Counted from the first letter of the stretch, positions 1-7,371 are shown. The stretch is DNA of 20,000 bases from an uncultured virus (IMG/VR IMGVR_UViG_3300024272_002111) (IMGVR_UViG_3300024272_002111), one strand, 5' to 3'. Numbers and translations are program-made. Notes: generated from the sequence alone by a model not told the origin.

Positions 1-2
1 TA

Positions 3-197
3 CAAGTTGATATATATGACAATAGAGGGTATCATCTTCACGGAGAAGAAAGATATTTAATGCAAGCCGAGTTAATAGATATTCAAAAAGAAAAAATAAA
101 ACTTGAAGATATCTTATTAGAAATAATGATAAAGTGTAAGGATTATGTGATAAAATCTCGGAACAATTATTGGAAAGTAATAAATAATGGAGGATAA
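3..197 (+). CDS. 3' end of a hypothetical protein, truncated by the window edge
   Basis: The frame starting at 3 is open (QVDIYDNRGYHLHGEERYLMQAELIDIQKEKIKLEDILLEIMIKCKDYVIKSRNNYWKVINNGG) to TAA 195-197, and overlaps the RBS of the next gene. Confidence 0.6.
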   Translation, partial: QVDIYDNRGYHLHGEERYLMQAELIDIQKEKIKLEDILLEIMIKCKDYVIKSRNNYWKVINNGG

Positions 198-201
198 ATT
201 A

Positions 202-3156
202 ATGGCTTACGGAGACGGAAAATCAATCATAGAAATTTTAAACATTGGCTTTGAGCCATTATTAACTCCAAAGGAGTATAAGATTCATACAGAACGTAGA
301 GAATTGTCGAATAAACAATATAAACTTAACGGCACTCTTCGATTTATTGAAAATAAATTATTATACCTTGATGAAACTGAAGCATGTTATTACTGGTTGT
401 CTCAACGAAGATCCGAAATTTTAAAGCAATTAGATAAAATTAAAAAATGGGATAATATGAAAGAGAAAGTCCTAAAAAGCATGTTAGAAAGAAACATCTC
501 TTCGACCCGGCAATTATATTCGGATAGACAGTGGGGACATGAAGATCAGTTTAGAAATATTAACATCTTTGAAAGTGATTTAACACGAGCATTTGGTTGT
601 GAGGATATGCAACATTCAGATGATATTATTAGTGTGGTTACATATTATACTGAAATTTTTGATTCTATTATGCATAATGGATTTATGTATAAAGGCAAGA
701 AATTTGTATTCTTTACTGCGGGTGCTGGCCAAACAAGAAATAAAAAAAGTACATTTACTTCTGAAGATAAATTGAATGAGCATTTTAATAGATTTTTCTG
801 TGGCTTAAGTCGAGAACGTATTAACGAGCTTGGTGGTATGAATACCAATAAGTTCTTAGCTTATACAAGTTTATGTCAATCTAATACTTCTATTTGGGAA
901 GAATTTGATATTGATAGAGCAATTGTTGTGCCGGATATTGAGTTTATTATTCCAAAGCAAAAGGTGCGACATATTTACACTGAGACACCAGAAGATAAAA
1001 CAGAAATTGAAACATTGAAACAAGAGATTAAAAATATTTCTACTCAGCTATCTGTCTTAAAAAAGCAAAAATCCGAGTTACAATCTGGCCAAAAACGTCC
1101 TAAAGAAGTTGTAGCTGCCGAAAAAGAATTAATCGCAAGAAGAAAAGAGTTAAATAAACAGATAAAATCTGTACAAGAAAAATATCATAAAACAGAAACG
1201 AAGGTAATGGATGTTGTTATTCCTTTTACAGATGGTTTTGGAGTTACGTTTAAAAAAGAGCCAAATGCAATGGTAAGAATGCCATTTATGAAAGGATTAT
1301 TATCCCATATTTCGAAGAATCGTTTTAAAACATGGTGTAGGGAAAATAATATTACAATTTATAATGTCACTGATATTTATGGTAAAGAATACAATATTGA
1401 TGACGTGGATTATCTTTTTACTGCAAGCCAGTTTAAGATGTATAAATACTATCAGAATGAATATGATGAAGATGGAAGCCTGATTAAGACTGGTTGGGAA
1501 GTTTACAAAGAACACTTTAAAAAGTATGGTTGTACCGCAAATCGTTGCAATATTGAAAAGAAGAATTTAAAATTGAATGCAAAAACAAACTACCAGGTTC
1601 TTCAGACACTTACAACTGAAATGACTAATAAACATATTTTTCAACTTGCTGAATATGATATAACCAATTTAAATAACATTGGTCGAGATCTTCAGAGTAT
1701 GTTGAATATTTTAGGAGCAGATCCGGAGCGAAATGATAAGTTAAATTATTTTCAGAAATCACTATTGCTCTATCCTGAAATGTTTAAGGATTATTATGTA
1801 AAGACACTTCTAAAAAACACCAAGAGTAGTATGTTAAAAAAGCTATATAGTGGCAAATTTAACATTAACGGCCAGTATACATTTATCGTCCCGGAACCAT
1901 TGGCATGTTTACAATGGTGGTTTACCGGCGAAAGGGATTTAAATAAACTTGGCTTAATTAAGAAAGGCCAAGTACATTGTAGTTTATTTGGAGACGGGGT
2001 TGAATTGGACTGCTTACGTTCTCCTCATTTAGACCATGCACATTGTATACGTAGAAATGTAAGTAATACTGATATTAATTTATGGTATAGAACTAAGGCA
2101 TTATATGTTGGTGTTAATGATATTATGAGCAAGCTGCTTATGTATGATAATGATGGAGATATTAGTCTTGTCCATGACAATAAAGTAATTATTGACTGTG
2201 CGAAGAGTTTCCAAAAGAAATATGGTATGATTCCGAATTATTATGATATGCCAAAAGCAAATCCGGAACAGTTAAATAATGATACCTTGTTTGATGGTAT
2301 TGTAATGGCATACCATCATGGTAACATTGGAACTCCTAGTAATGAAATTACAAAGATTTTTGACACTCTTTCGCCTGATAGTACTAGAGAAGAAATTGAG
2401 CAGGCAATTGAAATTGTAGCTCTAAGATGTTGTGATGTGAATTATGTTATTGACTATGCAAAAACGTTGTATAAACCTACAATCCCAAAGGATATTAGAG
2501 ATATTTACAAACAATACAGTAACCGAAAAGTGCCGCACTTTTTCTTATATGCTAAAGATAAGAAACATCATCAGGTGGAGAAACCTACAAATAATAATAT
2601 TAACCGCATAGAAAAACTCGTAAAGAGTAATAAAATTGTGTTTAACGATGATAAGGTTCTTGGAAAGTCAAAGTATAATTATAAAATGTTGATGACAGAT
2701 CCGGAAGTATCTTATACAAAAGAGGACGAAGAAAAGATTCTTAATTTGTATAGAGAATTAGAAACATGTAAGTTGCGCCAGTTAAAACGTATGGATTTTG
2801 ATACTTGTGATGTTAGAGATAAGCAAAAAGTTTTAATGTTTCTTGAGAAGGATGCGTTAGTGCAGCGTGAGCAGTTTTCAAAGATGCTAGGATATTCCAA
2901 GGAATATATTTGCGATGTGCTTATTAAACTTTTACAGGGCGATGCTAATAAGGATACTCTTTGGAAATTATACGGAGATGTGATTTACAAGAATCTTGAA
3001 AAACGACTTACTGGTACAAAAAGATGTAGAGTGTGTGGCGAAAGATTTACTTACAACGAAAAAGCTAGAAAAACATCTAATTATTGTAACATCTGCGCGT
3101 CAGAAATTCATAGAAAACAAAAAACATTAAGTGAACGTTTTAGAAGAAAAAAATAA
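202..3156 (+). CDS. yonO: YonO-like single-subunit DNA-dependent RNA polymerase (two-barrel family)
   Basis: Catalytic DxDGD motif (MYDNDGD, DNDGD at 2146-2160), upstream LRSPH, FTAGAGQTR and PFTDGFG motifs, and a C-terminal CxxC..CxxC ribbon. It lies upstream of HU and head genes as in SPbeta. GGAGG at 189-193 favours ATG 202 over ATG 187. Confidence 0.9.
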   Translation: MAYGDGKSIIEILNIGFEPLLTPKEYKIHTERRELSNKQYKLNGTLRFIENKLLYLDETEACYYWLSQRRSEILKQLDKIKKWDNMKEKVLKSMLERNISSTRQLYSDRQWGHEDQFRNINIFESDLTRAFGCEDMQHSDDIISVVTYYTEIFDSIMHNGFMYKGKKFVFFTAGAGQTRNKKSTFTSEDKLNEHFNRFFCGLSRERINELGGMNTNKFLAYTSLCQSNTSIWEEFDIDRAIVVPDIEFIIPKQKVRHIYTETPEDKTEIETLKQEIKNISTQLSVLKKQKSELQSGQKRPKEVVAAEKELIARRKELNKQIKSVQEKYHKTETKVMDVVIPFTDGFGVTFKKEPNAMVRMPFMKGLLSHISKNRFKTWCRENNITIYNVTDIYGKEYNIDDVDYLFTASQFKMYKYYQNEYDEDGSLIKTGWEVYKEHFKKYGCTANRCNIEKKNLKLNAKTNYQVLQTLTTEMTNKHIFQLAEYDITNLNNIGRDLQSMLNILGADPERNDKLNYFQKSLLLYPEMFKDYYVKTLLKNTKSSMLKKLYSGKFNINGQYTFIVPEPLACLQWWFTGERDLNKLGLIKKGQVHCSLFGDGVELDCLRSPHLDHAHCIRRNVSNTDINLWYRTKALYVGVNDIMSKLLMYDNDGDISLVHDNKVIIDCAKSFQKKYGMIPNYYDMPKANPEQLNNDTLFDGIVMAYHHGNIGTPSNEITKIFDTLSPDSTREEIEQAIEIVALRCCDVNYVIDYAKTLYKPTIPKDIRDIYKQYSNRKVPHFFLYAKDKKHHQVEKPTNNNINRIEKLVKSNKIVFNDDKVLGKSKYNYKMLMTDPEVSYTKEDEEKILNLYRELETCKLRQLKRMDFDTCDVRDKQKVLMFLEKDALVQREQFSKMLGYSKEYICDVLIKLLQGDANKDTLWKLYGDVIYKNLEKRLTGTKRCRVCGERFTYNEKARKTSNYCNICASEIHRKQKTLSERFRRKK

Positions 3157-3375
3157 GAAATGTCCACGGTGTATTTTTATTTATCTTTTAAAATCCCTTA
3201 TTTTCTAGGCATTTTTAAAGATTGAGAAATCCCCTTAAAAATCTTCAAAAAAACAATAAGGGGAAGCACCAAAATGTAAAGTTATTATAGGGAGAACATG
3301 ATTAATGTCTTGCCCCATTTTATTTTTAGGACATACTAGATTAAATTAAATAATCATATTAAGGAGAACAAGGAT

Positions 3376-3717
3376 ATGAAGGAATATAGAAAAGCAAAAG
3401 ACGTAAAAGAACAGTATAATTCTTTAGAAGATCTGCGTAAAAGCTGGGGTTGCAAGGAACTTGGCAAGCGTCGTACCAAAGATGAAAATAAACTTCAGGC
3501 ACAACGTGAAGCTTTTTGTAATCGTCATAAATGCGAGGCATGCGGCCAGCCTATGAGTTATGTAGGAGCCGGTGTAATGGCATGTAAAAATCCAAGTTGC
3601 AAAGGGATTAAGGTAGAAAGAACCGGTAAAGATGGCGTTACTATTACTGCTTATGAAGTATCCTACGACTTATTGGATGCACTTGGCACAGAGATTGCAG
3701 AAAATATTTTTGATTAA
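3376..3717 (+). CDS. Hypothetical zinc-ribbon protein (CEAC...CKNPSC)
   Basis: 113-aa ORF with an AAGGAG RBS and four Cys in Zn-ribbon spacing. Confidence 0.75.
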   Translation: MKEYRKAKDVKEQYNSLEDLRKSWGCKELGKRRTKDENKLQAQREAFCNRHKCEACGQPMSYVGAGVMACKNPSCKGIKVERTGKDGVTITAYEVSYDLLDALGTEIAENIFD

Positions 3718-3724
3718 TATTTTT

Positions 3725-3753
3725 TTAGCAAACTACGCATAATTAAATATAAT
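3725..3753 (+). promoter_or_regulatory. Possible sigma-A-type promoter upstream of HU
   Basis: TTAGCA (4/6 match to TTGACA), a 17-nt spacer and a perfect TATAAT at 3748-3753. The AT-rich context makes a chance match possible. Confidence 0.35.
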
Positions 3754-3823
3754 ATATGCACCAAACCCTAATTGTAGGGTTGAAATAAAAAAAATAAAGG
3801 AATTAAAAGGAGAAAAAGAAATT

Positions 3824-4105
3824 ATGAACAGAACAGAATTTGTAAAGGCAGTAGCTACAGCAACAGGTTTCACACAGAAGGATGTAAAGGCAGTTTTAGA
3901 TGCTGCTCAGACAGTAGCTTATGGCGCAATGGCAAAGGAAGAAGAAGTAGCTGTTTTCGATGGTCTTAAGCTTAGTGGTATCAGAAAGCCTGCTTGTGTA
4001 AAGAGAAATCCATTAACTGGCCAGGATGTGCAGGTAGCTGAGAAGGTAGCTCCAAAGGCTAAGTTTGGTGCGGTTGCAAAGCGTGTAGTTAACGGCGAAG
4101 AATAA
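3824..4105 (+). CDS. hup: HU family histone-like DNA-binding protein (SPbeta YonN position)
   Basis: MNRTEFVKAVA N-terminus, RNPLTG arm and PKAKFG motif; 93 aa with a strong RBS. Confidence 0.93.
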   Translation: MNRTEFVKAVATATGFTQKDVKAVLDAAQTVAYGAMAKEEEVAVFDGLKLSGIRKPACVKRNPLTGQDVQVAEKVAPKAKFGAVAKRVVNGEE

Positions 4106-4142
4106 TTAAATATAACAGCGTATAAACACATAATGGTGTTTC

Positions 4143-4170
4143 TGCCGGTTCATTACCGGCATACGTTTTT
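4143..4170 (+). terminator. Hairpin downstream of HU, probable terminator or stabiliser
   Basis: TGCCGGT-TCATT-ACCGGCA followed by TACGTTTTT. Confidence 0.45.
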
Positions 4171-4235
4171 ACCAGTAGTCTCCTACTGCTCATATATATA
4201 TAAATATGTTATTCTAATAAAAATTTATATATAGG

Positions 4236-4535
4236 GTGGGTTACGTGGACGATTTAAAAAAATTATTTAATAATAGTGGATTAACATTTCATGAGTTATC
4301 AAAATTATCTGGTGTTTCATTATCTACAACACATAGATATGTTAATAATAAAACGAAAGAAATGGATGATGAACATTACTCTTCTATTTATGAAATATTA
4401 AAAGAATATAAGAGTCATGAAATTGTTCATGATGACTATGAATTAGATTATATTGTTTTGCAAGCAGAAAGAGCTATGTATAAGACATTTCATGATCAGT
4501 TTATGGAGATGTATAAAAAATACAAAAGCGAATAA
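4236..4535 (+). CDS. XRE/Cro-type helix-turn-helix protein
   Basis: GLTFHELSKLSGVSLSTTHRYVN is an HTH signature. The GTG start is uncertain (4236 or 4245). Confidence 0.75.
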   Translation: MGYVDDLKKLFNNSGLTFHELSKLSGVSLSTTHRYVNNKTKEMDDEHYSSIYEILKEYKSHEIVHDDYELDYIVLQAERAMYKTFHDQFMEMYKKYKSE

Positions 4536-4540
4536 AATTG

Positions 4541-4676
4541 AGGTTTGGCAGTTGGTTAAGCTGACGTTTACTTGGGTGGAGTAATTACCATACTGGGTAT
4601 TCAGTGAGAAACCTATCGGGTGCACACGAGGTCTCTACGGAGCACTGCTTTAAGGCAAGGAGGAGTCCTTGTCTTA
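4541..4676 (+). ncRNA. Structured non-coding segment of unknown class
   Basis: AGGTTT 4541-4546 pairs with AAACCT 4609-4614 and encloses further stems. There is a cUACGg tetraloop at 4635-4640 and an 11-bp hairpin TAAGGCAAGGA/TCCTTGTCTTA at 4651-4676. No credible ORF. Confidence 0.5.
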
Positions 4677-4681
4677 TATAT

Positions 4682-4745
4682 GGGCTTTCATATGGATGGT
4701 AGTTGTGGCATGACAACTAGGTAGGATCATTCCCTACGGAGTCCA
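4682..4745 (+). ncRNA. Alanine-identity tRNA-like RNA without a D-stem (tmRNA tRNA-like-domain architecture, or a degenerate tRNA-Ala)
   Basis: Acceptor GGGCTTT/GGAGTCC with G3.U70 and discriminator A; 13-nt loop CATATGGATGGTA; stem GTTGT/ACAAC; 3-nt linker; T-arm GTAGG-ATCATTC-CCTAC. Confidence 0.55.
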
Positions 4746-4806
4746 CTTACCTATTGAGGGGTTAGAATACTCAAATCACGTCTATGACAAAGAAACGGAC
4801 ATAGCA

Positions 4807-4895
4807 TTTGCTCGTTAGTGAATTAGCTATCAAGATGGATAGCGTGGCTCTGTGGATAGCAGAATTCCATTGGTTATAGTATACCAGCAAACGAG
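4807..4895 (+). ncRNA. Multibranch structured RNA of unknown class
   Basis: CTCGTT 4811-4816/AACGAG 4890-4895, GAATT 4820-4824/AATTC 4863-4867, a GCTATC/GATAGC hairpin at 4826-4843 and a TGGT/ACCA hairpin. Confidence 0.45.
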
Positions 4896-4911
4896 ACCGA
4901 AATACTATTTT

Positions 4912-4984
4912 GCACATGAGGACAAACAGCAGAGTCGTCACCCTGTCACGGTGAAGATAGCGGGGTCAGCACCCGTCTTGTGCG
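4912..4984 (+). tRNA. Non-canonical tRNA-Asp(GTC)
   Basis: Acceptor GCACATG/CTTGTGC with one mismatch, D-stem GAC/GTC, anticodon arm TCACC-CTGTCAC-GGTGA, T-arm GCGGG-GTCAGCA-CCCGT and discriminator G. No encoded CCA. Confidence 0.8.
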
Positions 4985-5013
4985 TTATTAAAAACTTATA
5001 TACGCAGAGTTTA

Positions 5014-5039
5014 AGAGCAGATACTACTGCTCTATTTTT
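5014..5039 (+). terminator. Hairpin downstream of the RNA island
   Basis: AGAGCAG-ATACTA-CTGCTCT followed by ATTTTT, nested within a TACGCA/TGCGTA stem (5001-5046). Confidence 0.5.
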
Positions 5040-5074
5040 ATGCGTAAATATTATGAAAATCGAGGAAAAGGAAA

Positions 5075-5251
5075 TTGATTAACATTAGTAAGGATGTAGC
5101 ACATCGTTTAAACAAGGAGTTTGGTATTCCATTTAGTTGTTATGAAGGGATTTCACGTTCAAAATCTCGTCATGGTAAGCATTCTAAGTACTATCTTGCG
5201 GAGAGTAAGTATAATCTGAATTCTTTAAGAAAGGTTCAGAATAACAAGTAG
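5075..5251 (+). CDS. Small basic hypothetical protein (58 aa), absent from the ORF track
   Basis: TTG start after GAGGAAAAGGA; MINISKDVAHRLNKEFGIPFSCYEGISRSKSRHGKHSKYYLAESKYNLNSLRKVQNNK then TAG. It fills the gap before the next gene. Confidence 0.7.
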   Translation: MINISKDVAHRLNKEFGIPFSCYEGISRSKSRHGKHSKYYLAESKYNLNSLRKVQNNK

Positions 5252-5275
5252 ACTAAATAGGAAGGACTGAAGAAT

Positions 5276-6715
5276 TTGAGTAAGAAGAAGGATAAAATAA
5301 CGGTACGATGTGTAGGTATGTCGTCTTCTGAGGTTACTGGATCTGGATATCTTGTGGAGTGCCCTACAGGTGAAAAAATTATTTTAGATTTAGGATTATA
5401 CCAGTCTTCGAAGCCGTATGAAGATTGGAAAATTAATAAAAGAAAATTTGATTTTAAACCTTCTGAAATAAATGCAGTAATTATCTCACATTCAAATGCA
5501 GATCATTTTGCCTTATTACCAAAGGCGGTTCGAGATGGGTTGAGCTGTGATATTTTTATTGCGGCTGAAAATGTTGATTTCATGAAACCAATGCTGGAGG
5601 ATTCGGCCAGAATCATGGAGAGAGATGTCCAATCTTTTAATAGAAAGTTAAAAAAAGAACACTCTCCTGTATACGACTTGGATGATGTAGCTGCTACTCT
5701 TTCATTATTTAGAGGGTGTACAAAAAACGAAGACCATTATATTTCTGAAAATGTGTGGTTTAGACTTGTGAATGCAGGTCACATTTTTGGATCTTGTCAG
5801 ATTGAATTATTTGTAAAAATGCCTTCTGGAGTGATAAAAAAGCTTGGTTATTCAGGTGATCTCGGAAATGTGATTTTCGAACAGCCTTTTGTAGAACCAT
5901 TAGAACCAATTACAAAATGTGCAATGTATATTGGAGAAACTACATATAATGATCCTAAACGTTCTGTAAAAAAAGGACAGCGTGAAAAAGATTTAGAGAT
6001 GATGAAGAACGTTATTGAGCAGACTTGTATTGATAAAAAGGGGATTGTGCTTATCCCTACTTTTGCTTTACAGAGGACTGAAACAATGCTTTATATGCTT
6101 TGGAAGCTCTTTAAAGATGATGAAAAGTTTAATATTCCAATTGTAGTAGACTCTCCTCTTGCAGTTACTTTGCTTGATTGTTTTAGAAATAATCTTCAGG
6201 GCGAATGGCTTGATACATTTGATGAAATGATGACATGGAAGAATATTAAAGTTATTCGCACTGTTGAAGAAAGTATGGCATGTGTAGCAGATGATTCTCC
6301 GAAGATTGTATGTTCATCTTCCGGAATGCTCACACAAGGACGCAGTATTCTTTATTTAAAGAAGATTTTACCTAGAAGTAATTGTGCAATTTTAACATGT
6401 GGTTATATGGCTGAGGGTGGAATTGGCTGGAAGATAAAGAATAATCCAAGCCAAAGAACAATTACAATTGACCAGAAAGCATATCCAAATCGTTGTGATA
6501 TCAAGTGTTTGGATTCGTTCTCAAGTCACATGCAGTATGAGCAGCTTATGAATTATTATACCAATCTTGCGAACAATGGTTGTGAGGTTATCTGGTTGGT
6601 TCATGGTGATAAGGGCAAGTTAAAGTTCAAGGAAGAATTGGAAAAGCGAATTAGCAAGATTTTAAAAACAACAAAAATCGTAGCTACCAATAGAGATACG
6701 GTGGCAAGAATTTAA
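5276..6715 (+). CDS. MBL-fold beta-CASP ribonuclease (YSH1/CPSF73-like bacterial group)
   Basis: EVTGSGYL, LDLG, SHSNADH (motif 2 variant), AGHIFGS, SGDLG, ETTY, IPTFALQR, SSGML, FSSH and LVHG motifs appear in the expected order. Confidence 0.9.
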   Translation: MSKKKDKITVRCVGMSSSEVTGSGYLVECPTGEKIILDLGLYQSSKPYEDWKINKRKFDFKPSEINAVIISHSNADHFALLPKAVRDGLSCDIFIAAENVDFMKPMLEDSARIMERDVQSFNRKLKKEHSPVYDLDDVAATLSLFRGCTKNEDHYISENVWFRLVNAGHIFGSCQIELFVKMPSGVIKKLGYSGDLGNVIFEQPFVEPLEPITKCAMYIGETTYNDPKRSVKKGQREKDLEMMKNVIEQTCIDKKGIVLIPTFALQRTETMLYMLWKLFKDDEKFNIPIVVDSPLAVTLLDCFRNNLQGEWLDTFDEMMTWKNIKVIRTVEESMACVADDSPKIVCSSSGMLTQGRSILYLKKILPRSNCAILTCGYMAEGGIGWKIKNNPSQRTITIDQKAYPNRCDIKCLDSFSSHMQYEQLMNYYTNLANNGCEVIWLVHGDKGKLKFKEELEKRISKILKTTKIVATNRDTVARI

Positions 6716-6744
6716 AATATAAGGATTAAAAGGAGAACTAATAT

Positions 6745-7371
6745 ATGGAATTATTAGAATTTGAATTACCAGCTATATTAGGTAACGCCCAGAGTGATAA
6801 GTTTTTATCACCGGAAGAATATACATATTGGAAGGCTAGAGAAAATCGAACCTTTTATATTGATTATGAGATTGATGAAGATTATCGTCTTGTAGAACTT
6901 GGTAAGATTATTATTCAGATGAATATTGAGGAAAAGGATATCCCAAAGGAAGAATTAAAACCAATTTATTTATGGATTTATTCCTACGGAGGAGACCTTG
7001 ATCAGTGTAATAGCTTATTAGATATTATTGCAGCAAGTCGTATTCCAATCATTACTATTTCTATGGGTGTATGTATGTCTGCCGGATTTATGTTGTTTTT
7101 AGCAGGACATCGTCGGTATGCGTTTTGCCATGCAAATATGATGGTTCACGAGGGTTCTGCTGCTTTTTCTGGAACCGCAGAACAGATTGAAGAAGCACAG
7201 AAAAATTATAAAAAGCAGATTGCATCTATGAAAGAATATATTCTGTCAAGAACAGAAATGGACGAAAAAACTTTCAATAAAAACAAGTTAAAGGACTGGT
7301 ATCTTACTGTAGACGAACTTGAAAAGTTTAAAGTGGCTACTATCGTTGATAGTTTTGATTCTATTATTTAA
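6745..7371 (+). CDS. clpP: ClpP-family serine protease
   Basis: PIYLWIYSYGG, CMSAG (catalytic Ser), MMVHE (His) and KDWYLT (Asp). Confidence 0.88.
   Translation: MELLEFELPAILGNAQSDKFLSPEEYTYWKARENRTFYIDYEIDEDYRLVELGKIIIQMNIEEKDIPKEELKPIYLWIYSYGGDLDQCNSLLDIIAASRIPIITISMGVCMSAGFMLFLAGHRRYAFCHANMMVHEGSAAFSGTAEQIEEAQKNYKKQIASMKEYILSRTEMDEKTFNKNKLKDWYLTVDELEKFKVATIVDSFDSII

Noticed and set aside
4443..4625. Minus-strand 60-aa ORF, and the other short minus-strand or alternate-frame ORFs across the window
   Set aside because: They overlap well-supported plus-strand genes or RNA structure and show no recognisable motifs.
4540..4990. Full-length or permuted two-piece tmRNA
   Set aside because: The tRNA-like domain is closed by a 6-nt loop, its halves are in normal order, and I found no convincing tag reading frame ending in Ala-Ala-stop nearby.
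4852..5082. 76-aa ORF-track protein
   Set aside because: It overlaps the tRNA-Asp cloverleaf and flanking hairpins and lacks a good RBS, so it is probably a shadow ORF.
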